This document shows positions 36,820 to 47,606 of a stretch of DNA of 64,000 nucleotides, in pieces. Every line of letters starts with the position of its first letter. The stretch's first letter is position 1. Both the position numbers and the translations under genes were made by a program. The notes below the pieces were generated by a model. The model ran no database searches and was not told where the DNA came from. It saw nothing but the letters and a program-made list of their open reading frames with translations. Source of the DNA: Octopus sinensis (taxonomy: Eukaryota); assembly GCF_006345805.1 (NCBI RefSeq), contig NC_043026.1:4774001-4838000 (forward strand), given 5' to 3'.

Positions 36820-37350
36820 ACAACGCTGATGACGACGACGATGATGATGGTGATGTTGACGGTGACGACGATGATGATGATGATGACGATGGTGATGGTG
36901 ATGAGGATGATGATGATGATGATGGTGATGATGACGACGATGATGATGATGATGACAACGATATGATGATGATGATGATGATGACGACGACGATGCTGAT
37001 GATGATGATGACGATGATGACGATGATGATGACGACGACGATGATGATGATGACGATGATGGTGATGATGATGACGACGACGACGATGATGACGATGATG
37101 ATGATGATGACGACGATGATGATGATGATGACGATGATGGTGATGATGATGATGATGACGACGATGATGATGATGATGGTGATGATGATGATGATGATAA
37201 TGATGACGACGACGACCACGACGACCACGACCACGACGGCGGAGACGACGACGACGGCCACGACGACGACGGCGGAGACGGCCACGACGACGACGGCGGA
37301 GACGGCCACGACGACGACGGCGGAGACGACCACGACCACGACGACGGCGG
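36820..37350. repeat. (GAT/GAC)n trinucleotide tract grading into a GC-richer GAC/GGC unit
   Basis: Direct inspection; it generates the poly-S, poly-M and poly-I ORFs in the track. Confidence 0.95.
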
Positions 37351-37728
37351 TAGTCGTCTGCCTTTTAATGGAGAATCAATGATTATGAAAGTCTCTGCTT
37401 TCGGACCAGACATTCCTATACATACATGCATGCGTATATATATATACATATATATACATGCGTATATACACACACACAAACATACATATTTATAGCCTTA
37501 TTTCTATACATACATGCCTAAATATGTGTGTATATATATATAAACACATGTACATATACTGTATATAAATATACACACACACACAAAGAGAGAATGTTGA
37601 GGAATGTTACAACAATAAGTGTGTAGAATGCGATGTATGCGAAGCAGGTTCGATTCCCGGGTGGAGCCATTTACAACAACAACAACAATAAGAAGAAGAA
37701 GATTGAAGTTTAATATTTCTGGAAATAT

Positions 37729-40700
37729 TTATTTGTCAAAATAAAAGAAAGCAAAAGATTGACGTCCAGGAATAATTCCAAAAACCATCAAAGAATTGTC
37801 TGAAACATCCAAACCAAGAACTTCAGATACTTCATTATCATACCCTCTGAGGAGTAAATATTTTGGATTATCTTCTAATTCCAGGATTTCATCATCTTCA
37901 GATGTTTCCTCTTCAATATGTCCAGGTATTTCGTAAATATTGTTTCTTAAATCTGTTATATAAACACATTCACCAATTATGGTCAGACGAAGTCTTGGAA
38001 TATAATATCTCAGATCAAAAACTATTCTTTCTCTTATTCTTATCCTCCTCACCAAAGACTTTTCCCTGAACCATTCCACAAAACAAAAAACATCCCCCTG
38101 TCCAAACTCCTTCTTCTCCTTCACCTCCCACCTCACAACAACAACATCACCAAAAGATGTGACTCCCATACCATCCAACACCCCTCCATCTCCCTCCAAC
38201 CTTTCCCATCTCCCCGTCTTCCCACGACACACTTCATCTTTACATTTCCCATCTTTGATATCAACCACATCCACATAATAAGGGTCAAAGATGTCGGGGT
38301 CTTCGCAAATATAGTAATCCTTGTTGTTCTTCCATATTCTTTGGTATTTCTTGTGTCTCTCTTCTTGAGTTATGTCTCTAATATCGTGACCACCACACAC
38401 GAGTTGATTGTCGTTGTATTTATAAATCCTGTTGTAATATTTCTCAGTTCTGATGGTTTTTAAACGACAGAGATCCCTGTTGAAGACCCTCATTTCTCTC
38501 CCAAAGGCGACAATGAAACATTCCTCTGTCCACCGACATATGTCCAGTGCTGGTTGTTGTTGTTGTTCATGTTGAAGTATGTCCACTGTTGTTGTTGTTG
38601 TTCTGATTATTGTGACACTTTCTCGAAACATCAACACACTCACATTCTCATCTAACTTTATTAGTTTACTGTTCAGGTCCCTAATGTCCCAACAATCATA
38701 ATCAACAGGTTCCTCGAATGCAGGAATGGAAAAAGGGACCATTGCTGTCCTATATGGAAGTCTCCTCACTGATATTTCATCAATTCCTGAATTATTAATC
38801 TCCGCTATGTAATTACCACATCTCACCTTTAATCTATCTTTACCAATTATTTCACCTGATTTACCTCTTCTTCTTACTCCTCCATCTCCATCTCCTCCTC
38901 TGTATTCCAATTTATTAATTAATTCATTACTGAATATTTCCTTGTTCGTTTCAGATGTAATGGAAGGGAAACGAAGACCAGAATCAAGATTTAATGACGA
39001 CACAGATTCCAGAATGTTCACTTGGTCCCCATCAATCTTTATGCAATGATATTCAATCAATTCATTATGTACACACCAGTAAATACCCGCCACTTTTCTC
39101 CATATTACACCATAAGGGATGAGACTCGACCAAACTTGAGATGTCTGCAAATCTTCTCCATTCAGTTGAAATATTTCTTTCCTTTTAGGAACCGTGGCCA
39201 TTATGTGTGATTCTTGTGTAAAACACACACCACCAACTAAACTTGCAACATTTCTGTGACATAGCAACTGGCCGTCTTCATCAAATATTTTAACATTTCC
39301 ATTATTGGCTTTTTCACACACAACTGTCTTTCCTTCCTCAGAGACATCAAAATCTTTTACTTGAACAGGACATTCATCTGTTTGTAAACGAGCAACCGGG
39401 AAGCTGTCTCGATTCACCATAAACAACACTTCAACATAAAATTCCTTCCTCCTGGGGCTTCCAACAAACCTTGGTCCTTTACAGTCTATACTGGAGAAAT
39501 ATACTCTATGTTTATAAATTCTTTCATTTAAAAATATTCTCTGGTATTCCCCATTCTGGGTCAAACACAAAATGTTTTCATATCTAGATGAACCTGAACA
39601 TTTCTCCCACTCACCATAAATGTACAAAAAACTGTCATCAATTGTCATCCTGTCATCACCAGAATAGTACCCCATGTAGTGTCTGACAGAATGTAAATAT
39701 TGACCACCACTGTTGAAGAAAATGATGAATCTTTCGTTGTAGACAATGATGACATCTTCATCAGTAACTTTAATATCCCGGATTTTATCAGAACACTTTC
39801 CATATCTGACTCTACTTAATAATGGTTCAGGTATGTCTATTTTTGTTATTTCGTTCACACTCGAATGTATTTCATCAATATCAACAAAATGCAAATATCT
39901 TCTATCTCTCCATTCACTAAAAACCAGTTGATTGTTTGATAAAGAAGCCACACAATTATAATATTTATTTCTCGTTTTGTAAATTACCAACGACAATGGA
40001 AATTCCACTTTTAATGTCAACAGTTGGTGTTTATCATCATGAAATTCATCATCCCAATTCATAATGACCAGTGTGTTTGACTGCCATCGACACATTTTAA
40101 CAAAATTATAAACATTCACTTTGATTGAATCCATAAGGTGACCATCCAATGTGAATATCTTAATGTTTCTATTCTCCTCGTCCCATCCTGCAATCAGATT
40201 ATTTTCAGTAAGAACCAAACAATAAATATTCACTGGTCTTTTGTCTCCCAAATGTTTAGGGAGAGGAATATGTCTGGCTTTATCAGAAACTGTCAGGTCC
40301 TGTAGATATAAAGTGGAAGACAACATTTCACTGAGAGAAATGTGTCTGGAAAATACATCCACCAGGTCGATATAATAATTAAGTTGATTATTAGTAACGA
40401 GATCATTAACCAACAGATTCTGATCGTTTATGGCAAACATACGGCTTCTGTCTATCAGATAAACAGACGTTTGGTCAATAGATCCACCTTGGAGACTGAG
40501 GGGACGTTTCGCTTGGGACATTAAAACACTGGGGAGCATCTGACGACTGCCATGACCACCACCACCTATTCTAGTGTTGTACTGAAAAGCTTTTCCCCTA
40601 GTAACAATTAATAGCTTTTCTGTTTTCTTGTCTATTGATAATGATTTCACAAACACAGGGATATTAATTGTCTTAATTACTTCAACTTGATTATAATAAT

Positions 40701-43131
40701 TGATGGCTAAAATGTCTAAATGTGATGGTTTATCACAATAACAAACAATTTCCCCTTCACCCATCTTACACATCCGTACATAAGGCTGCCTTAATGATAC
40801 ACTTCTCACTGTCTTTGATAGGTTTCCGATGACCCTTAATTGTTTCTGTAGGGGTAATGTGACCCCTATATGATTAGAATCCCATCGACATATATCCGTG
40901 GCTGTAGACGGCAGAGATAATCTGGACACAATGTCTCCTTCCTCAGAAATGTACAACAAGCAATCATGGTTGATGTCAGACACCACCAACTGTCCATTGG
41001 ACAGATTACATATTTCGCCAATGACAAGTTTTTGGTCATTCTCCTTTTCTCTGAGTCGTAGATTTAGATTTCTGATGTAAGGATTTTTAATGGGTAAAAG
41101 ACAGCCAGACGACCGGTCTTGATACTTGTAAAGAAAAACCCTGTTGAGTTGAGTGTCCGGGACATAAAGAGTTCCTTGGAAAACAGCAATGTGAGGGTGA
41201 ACAGGGAAAGGCAGTTCCCACTGCCATTTCATTTGTCCATATAGATCGTAACATCTGAGAATAGAGTGTCTCCTGAAGAGGACATAGAAATAAACATTAT
41301 CAGAGTAGATGTGATGAGGGTGGCCATAGAATGGAAGGTATTTTTGAAAAAGTTCTTCACCACATGTGGAATAAAATACCATTTTATTTTCGTTTCCATC
41401 TACGACTACAAAATTAATTGGAGTTGCAGCAATGCTGACATTATGATGTCCCAGAGAAATTCTTTCTGCAATGTCAACTTTATTTTCGTTGATCAAGAGG
41501 ATATGGACCTCGCTTTTGTTTTCAGTGGTGGTCACAGCTAGACACTTATTTGATACAACATGACATAGTTCAATGTAATCAGTATGGACTTTCATTAAAG
41601 GGCCTTTCATTAGCCCAGGGCATGTGATACACTGAAATTCTTTGTTTTCATGGTAAAACACCAGAAATCCTTTAGAATTTATTCTACAAAAGCAAGAAGG
41701 AATCTCAGGGAAAGTTGAATTATTTTGGTTAATTATTTCTCCAGTCTCAGTGAATAATATAGCTTTATTATTCCTGTAGAATATTAATATAGAAGATGTA
41801 GACATAGGTAGAATATTTGTAATGTTGTAGCAATCCTCAATATAAATATAGCTGTTCAATGTTGGGGTCCATAGCTGGGTGTTATGTGACTGCCTGGGCC
41901 AAAAGTCTTCATTTGTTCCAATGATATGAAGGACATCAAAATAATCGGTTACAAAAATGTTTTCTCTGCCAACAGAAATATGGCGGCATTTCATGCCAAT
42001 TTCTCTTGTTGTCACAGCACCTGTACCTGAAATCCGATAAATGATACGTCCCTGGAGGACATAAAAATGGTTTTGGTAGACAGAAATGTGGCTTGGAGTG
42101 TCCAGGGAGTTGGTATCCACCTCAAATAACTGCTGGCCATCCACATTGTAACAGGTAACCCTGTTAATATTGGAAAAGGATACTAAGAGTTTGTTTTGTG
42201 CTCCTACAGCAATATCTGAAGGGGTTTCTTTCGTTATGAATTTGTATTTTATTCTATTCTCTTCCCAGTCAATGACGTATATGGTCTGACCAAACATTTC
42301 TACACCTATAAGCGCAGAATGTTCCAAATAAGAAACCAAGATTAATCCTAGCTGAATTCTTTTGATTCTCAAACTTAAAGGGTTGATAATAAGAAACATT
42401 TTTCGGAAGGGCAGGGTGGCGAGGACTGTGTCTTCACTGATTCTGGTAAAATCAGTGACAGAAGATGAGCAACGAACATCGTTTCTGTTGCCGTCTCTTG
42501 TTATACAACATATTGTCATAAAGTGGCGGGAATATGTTACAATACCCCCTTGTATGACAACAATATTGGATATTGGGTTGCTTAAGTCTTCACCAGATTC
42601 CTCAATCTCTACTTCTCTGGTCACAACTGGCTGAAGAGGCCGAAATTTTGTGGTTACTTTTGGTGGTTCAATGGTCTTGTGGTTGTATGGGTTACAGGTG
42701 ACATAAATGTCAAAGAGTCTTTGTTGAAACCAATCAAGATTTTGGTGAACAAAATCATTATTTTGTTTTGCAAATTCCAGAAATCTTGGCATTTTACGTT
42801 TGATATTATGTAAAATTCGAGATCCATTTAAACCCAGAGAGTCCATGTGATTACATTTATCCTTTACATAATCTATAAACATATTGATGTGGTCTGTTTT
42901 GATTAGTGTTCGGTAACATGTAACAATATGAAGAAAACTTGGTAACATGGACTTTTCCTGTTCTTTAGATTTCTTTGTGTCTTTTCTTTCCTGATCTTCT
43001 GTTTTCTTTGTGTTTTGTGTGTGTAATATTTGGGTAAGAATTGGTGCAGTTTCCTTATAAATTGCTGTTGTATCACAGACTGTGGCAGGAATGAGAGCCA
43101 ACATTTTGTTTTCTTCATTAATCTTCTCCAT
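37729..43131 (-). CDS. Large about 1800-aa protein: helical N-terminal region + about six tandem NHL-like/6-bladed beta-propeller modules, in one giant exon
   Basis: 5.4 kb without a stop in AT-rich DNA. A recurring (D/C)xCR(W/I)..(V/A)TxP blade motif lies at about aa 228, 481, 748, 1014, 1303 and 1531. NHL-like blades such as LSNGQLVVSDINHD, GNVKIFDEDGQ and RVTCYNVDGQQLF. The true exon may start at the acceptor CTCTCATTCCTGCCACAG|43079 (phase 1). Confidence 0.9.
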   Translation of the reverse strand: MEKINEENKMLALIPATVCDTTAIYKETAPILTQILHTQNTKKTEDQERKDTKKSKEQEKSMLPSFLHIVTCYRTLIKTDHINMFIDYVKDKCNHMDSLGLNGSRILHNIKRKMPRFLEFAKQNNDFVHQNLDWFQQRLFDIYVTCNPYNHKTIEPPKVTTKFRPLQPVVTREVEIEESGEDLSNPISNIVVIQGGIVTYSRHFMTICCITRDGNRNDVRCSSSVTDFTRISEDTVLATLPFRKMFLIINPLSLRIKRIQLGLILVSYLEHSALIGVEMFGQTIYVIDWEENRIKYKFITKETPSDIAVGAQNKLLVSFSNINRVTCYNVDGQQLFEVDTNSLDTPSHISVYQNHFYVLQGRIIYRISGTGAVTTREIGMKCRHISVGRENIFVTDYFDVLHIIGTNEDFWPRQSHNTQLWTPTLNSYIYIEDCYNITNILPMSTSSILIFYRNNKAILFTETGEIINQNNSTFPEIPSCFCRINSKGFLVFYHENKEFQCITCPGLMKGPLMKVHTDYIELCHVVSNKCLAVTTTENKSEVHILLINENKVDIAERISLGHHNVSIAATPINFVVVDGNENKMVFYSTCGEELFQKYLPFYGHPHHIYSDNVYFYVLFRRHSILRCYDLYGQMKWQWELPFPVHPHIAVFQGTLYVPDTQLNRVFLYKYQDRSSGCLLPIKNPYIRNLNLRLREKENDQKLVIGEICNLSNGQLVVSDINHDCLLYISEEGDIVSRLSLPSTATDICRWDSNHIGVTLPLQKQLRVIGNLSKTVRSVSLRQPYVRMCKMGEGEIVCYCDKPSHLDILAINYYNQVEVIKTINIPVFVKSLSIDKKTEKLLIVTRGKAFQYNTRIGGGGHGSRQMLPSVLMSQAKRPLSLQGGSIDQTSVYLIDRSRMFAINDQNLLVNDLVTNNQLNYYIDLVDVFSRHISLSEMLSSTLYLQDLTVSDKARHIPLPKHLGDKRPVNIYCLVLTENNLIAGWDEENRNIKIFTLDGHLMDSIKVNVYNFVKMCRWQSNTLVIMNWDDEFHDDKHQLLTLKVEFPLSLVIYKTRNKYYNCVASLSNNQLVFSEWRDRRYLHFVDIDEIHSSVNEITKIDIPEPLLSRVRYGKCSDKIRDIKVTDEDVIIVYNERFIIFFNSGGQYLHSVRHYMGYYSGDDRMTIDDSFLYIYGEWEKCSGSSRYENILCLTQNGEYQRIFLNERIYKHRVYFSSIDCKGPRFVGSPRRKEFYVEVLFMVNRDSFPVARLQTDECPVQVKDFDVSEEGKTVVCEKANNGNVKIFDEDGQLLCHRNVASLVGGVCFTQESHIMATVPKRKEIFQLNGEDLQTSQVWSSLIPYGVIWRKVAGIYWCVHNELIEYHCIKIDGDQVNILESVSSLNLDSGLRFPSITSETNKEIFSNELINKLEYRGGDGDGGVRRRGKSGEIIGKDRLKVRCGNYIAEINNSGIDEISVRRLPYRTAMVPFSIPAFEEPVDYDCWDIRDLNSKLIKLDENVSVLMFRESVTIIRTTTTTVDILQHEQQQQPALDICRWTEECFIVAFGREMRVFNRDLCRLKTIRTEKYYNRIYKYNDNQLVCGGHDIRDITQEERHKKYQRIWKNNKDYYICEDPDIFDPYYVDVVDIKDGKCKDEVCRGKTGRWERLEGDGGVLDGMGVTSFGDVVVVRWEVKEKKEFGQGDVFCFVEWFREKSLVRRIRIRERIVFDLRYYIPRLRLTIIGECVYITDLRNNIYEIPGHIEEETSEDDEILELEDNPKYLLLRGYDNEVSEVLGLDVSDNSLMVFGIIPGRQSFAFFYFDK

Positions 43132-44894
43132 TTATGAATATAGAATTATTATCTTTTTCTGTTAAATATATTCTTTTTTGTGGATTTTGTTTTCTTCCTT
43201 TGGAATACAATTTATCTCTTCAAAATTCACTAATTTTTACATGAAAGCTGAAATAAAATGAAAACTCTATTAGTTTTGTGAAAAGCTTTTGATAAAATAA
43301 TATTTACTTGATTCATTCAAAGAATTTCAAGGAAAACACACATTTCATAAAATATATTAAACAAATTGTTTATTTGACAGTGAAGTTAAACATTTAAACT
43401 GTTTTCAATGGAACAATCATTAGAAATAAAACTTGAAGATATAAATACACCATTATCTTTATTGACTGAATATAAGTGATGGTGAAAAGTTTTGTAGTAA
43501 GAAGGAATATAAATATTTTGTTGAGGTTATTTCTACAGATATTATCGGTAGAAATTATAGCCAGGACTGATTTCCTGCTACAACATTTCATATCGAAATG
43601 TCAGACGGAAACAAACAATGAGATCAAAGAGAAAAACATCTGTTGTTTGTTCTCATTGTTTATTTCATTGTTTGTTTACATCTGACATCTCGATAGGAAA
43701 GGTTTTAGCAAAAAATCAGAGCCAACCATAATTTCTATGGAATATCAATAGAATAATGTGAAAAACACTGCTAACAAAGTAGAATGTGGTGTTGACTTCT
43801 AAAACGATTTAATATATTTTACAGGAATTTATGGTTGCATAATGAAATACCACGTCCCTACAAATCAGGAATATAAGTATTATTAATAATTATATGCACT
43901 GGAAATGATGTGACAGTCATGGTTGGCTTGGTTTCCATCATATTTACCTGAATTCACAGATACCAATAAAGCCGGAGATGAAACTGTTCTTAACCTGACA
44001 AATGCTGTAAATCTCTTGACATTTCAATATAATCCACACAATTATCATACACAACATTGATTAACTCAGAAAGCTTATCCAAAGATGGGCTTTCATATAA
44101 TCACACTGATAGACAGCATGTTGAGAGGATCGTTATTATTTGTTGCTGATTGAGATCATAAAGATTGGTTAATGAATAAGCCCAATTAATGAAAGGTAGG
44201 TTCATCTTAATTATCTTTAATATAAGGGACAATGTTTGGGTAGCAATGAGAAAGATGTGTCTGTATGAAAAAGGGGTTTGGCAGGTGAAGTGTGTTTTGT
44301 TTTGTGTCAGGTGAGGAGTTATAACTTGGTGTAGTTTATTATGAAGTATTGGGGGTTTAATGAGGTGGATTAGGAAATATTGGTGGGGTGTTTAATGACA
44401 TTCTGGTGACCCATCATTATCAGAATGATCCTCCACCGCCTCCTTTGTCTATGAAATAATGACTGTTACTCTATTGACCCCAGGAGGAATGAAAAATAAA
44501 AGAGACCTTGTTCAGGATGTCAGCTCTTTGAATATACATGGACTAAACAACAACATATTTTTGGGGAAAAGCTGGATAAGGCTATGTTGTTGTTATTGCT
44601 GTTGTTGTTGGCAGCAAAGTTTATAAAGAGAAAAGCAGATAATTGCAAATATTTCTATTGTAAAATTAAATTGGAATGAATGTTTATGTTTCATTTGTGC
44701 CATTCTACTTGGTTTATTTTGGGGAAGAAAAACCTACAAAACCCCTCATAATAATTAGACTTTAATCTAATTGTAGATGTATTTATATACACATGCATAC
44801 ATATATATGAATGAATGTGTATTATATATACACAAGGATGCACATATGTATATTTATACATCCATATGTCTGTATGTATGTATGATGATCATCA

Positions 44895-45153
44895 TTTTAC
44901 CCCCACTTTCCATGCTGGAATTGGTTGGATGGTTCAAAGAATATCTTGCCTGAAGTTACATTTTCTGGTTTTCTTTCTACAGCTGGATGCACGTAAAAAG
45001 AACCCACTACACTCATGTAGTGGTTGGCGTTAGGAAGGGCATCCAGCCGTAGAAACTTTGCCAGATCAGACTGGGCATGGTGCAGCCTTCTGGCTTCCCA
45101 GACCCCAGTTGAACCGTCCAACCCATGCTAGCATGGAAAGCGGATGGTAAATG

Positions 45154-45155
<2 letters not shown>
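44895..45155. mobile_element. Two SINE family C pieces fused in inverted orientation (within the predicted intron)
   Basis: 44895-44990 is plus-oriented and 44990-45155 is minus-oriented. Confidence 0.7.
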
Positions 45156-45208
<53 letters not shown>

Positions 45209-46439
45209 GTATATATATACATATATATATGTATATGTATATATATACATATATATACCTTCACACACCCATGTACAAATATCTGTGTCTATGTATGTTT
45301 ATAGCTATGAATCAATGAATGACAAAAGAACAAGAGTTACGTAGACACCTTCATTAGCTTCCAGCTGTTTCTGCTACAGGAAGCAGTGAACTCGAGCTGA
45401 GTGTGTGTGTGCGTAGGTGTCTGTGCATTTGTTTATGTTTGCAATCTCTTTTAAATTGCTCCAAGCAGAAACATCTGTCAACCAATCACCCCCACCTTGG
45501 AAGACATGGGATATAAGAACTTTTGTTCTTGCAAAATGGTTTTGGGTGAGCAATAAGAAGGCTGTCTGTCTGTAAAACAAGGCTACAATAATATATTCAC
45601 CCAACCCATGCTAGCACACAAAGTCAGAAGTGCAATCAAACATAAGTAAACCCATGTTTATTCATTCATATACTCTTATGCACGCATAAACACACACACA
45701 CACGTGTATGTGTGCATCTGGTGTTAAGAAGATCATCCAGCTGTAGAAATCTTGCCAAATCTTTCATTGCAGCTCAGCAATGTCCTCTGGTTCACTGCTT
45801 CCTCATCAACTGTCCTACCCATGCCAGTTAGGGAAAATGGATGTCAAAACCTTTATAATACATCAGATGATGTATTTTCTTTTCTGTATTTTCTTTCTAA
45901 TAATTTTGTTTTGTTTTTTGCCAGGTTCTTGTGAGTCCCACTCAGTCAAGTCTATGACTACACTCGATGAGGGTCACTAATCTTCAGCTGGTTTCAAGCA
46001 AGAGAATATTTCCCCAAATTCTTCCAACATGAACAGCACAATGGTTGGATATGTTTTCTGGTGGAACACTGCAAACAAACGACTCTGTTTGTTTGATGTG
46101 ACATTTGTTTATAATTAGCAGCAGATGTCAAGACAAGGAGACGTGAGCAGACGTATGCGCACACACACACACACATACACACATGCATACACATACATGT
46201 ACAAATGTAGATATGCATACATGAATATACACCCACATGTATATACCATAGGATTTATCAGTTCCATGTACGAAACCTATTCATAAGGCTTTAGTCAACC
46301 TGGAACATTAGAAGAAGTTAATTCTTTAAGGTGCTGCAAAGTGGGACTGAACCTGAGACCACAAGGTTCTGAAGTGAGTTTCTTAACCATACAGCCATGC
46401 CCCCAACTTTTTTTGGTAATACTTTGAAGATAATAATAA

Positions 46440-47031
46440 TCTTTTCTACTATAGGCATAAGGCCTGAAATTTTGGGTGTGGGCACTAATTGATTACATCA
46501 CCCCCCAGCCCCTAATTGGTTCTTATTTTATCCATCCCAAAAGGACAAGGGGCAAAATCAACCTTGGTGGAATTTGAACTCAAAATGTAAACTTGGAAGA
46601 AATGATGCAAAGTATTTTGTCTGGCATTTTGTAGCAATTCTGCTTGTTCATCACAATAATAATAATAATAAGAAGAAGAAGAAGAAGAATATCAATAACT
46701 ATAACAATAACAACATCAATAATAATAATATTAGCAGCAGCAGCAAAAACAACAACAACGACAGCAATGATTTTTTTTTTTTAATATAATAAAAATGATT
46801 TCAAGTTTTGGCACAAGGCCAGCAAGTTCAAGGAAGGGTGCAGTCTATTATACTGATCCCAGTACTCAACTAGTACTTAATTTATTGATCTGAAAAGGAT
46901 GAAAGGCTAAGTCAACCTTGGTGGAATTTGAACTCAGAATGTAAAGATGGACAAAATGCCGCTCAACATTTTGCTTTGCATCCTCACAATTCTGCCACCA
47001 CGTCACAATAATTATAATGATGATGATGATG

Positions 47032-47067
<36 letters not shown>

Positions 47068-47460
47068 TCTTACTATAGGCACAAGGCCTGAAATTCGGAG
47101 TGAGGGGACTAGTAAATTACATTGCCTCCAGTGCATGGCTGGAAGTTATTGAATCGACCCCAAAAAGATGAAAGGCAAAGTTGACCTTGGTGGAATTTGA
47201 ACTCAGAATGTAGTGGCAGATGAGTCATAATAATAATAATAATAATAATGGCTTTAAATTTTAACAGAAGCCCAGAAAGTTCTGGAGAGCAGGTAAATTG
47301 ATTACATCGACCCCTGAACTCAAAAGGTACTTATTTTATTGACCCTGAAACGATAAAGGTTGATGTCTGCAAAATTTGCACAGAGAACGTAAAGGCAAAC
47401 AAATAGCTGCCTAGCATTTTGCCCAGCATGCTAACGATTCTGCCAGCTCACCACCCAAAT
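46440..47460 (-). mobile_element. Four co-oriented SINE family A copies separated by (AAT)n
   Basis: Repeated AAGGCAAAGTTGACCTTGGTGGAATTTGAACTCAGAA-like motif at about 46550, 46905, 47170 and 47355. Confidence 0.75.
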
Positions 47461-47572
47461 AATAGTAATAGTAATTAATATTAATAATAGTAATAGTAAT
47501 TAATAATAATGATAACAACCCTTCCTTTCCTATTTTATATCCTTCATATATCCTTCTCTTCTTATACTTTCT

Positions 47573-47606
<34 letters not shown>

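Noticed and set aside
36782-37479. Poly-Ser/His, poly-Ile/Val and poly-Met/Thr ORFs
   Set aside because: All derive from one (GAT/GAC)n tract; no splice or start context supports coding.
37620-37670. tRNA-like 3-prime half (GGTTCGATTCCCGGGTGGAGCCA)
   Set aside because: B-box and acceptor end only; no D-arm or matching 5-prime acceptor strand. A SINE or tRNA relic, not a tRNA gene.
45374-46236. Short minus-strand ORFs in the predicted intron, including a CLQC..CCSC cysteine cluster
   Set aside because: Frames close quickly, there are no convincing donor sites, and the Cys spacing does not fit a B-box or RING.
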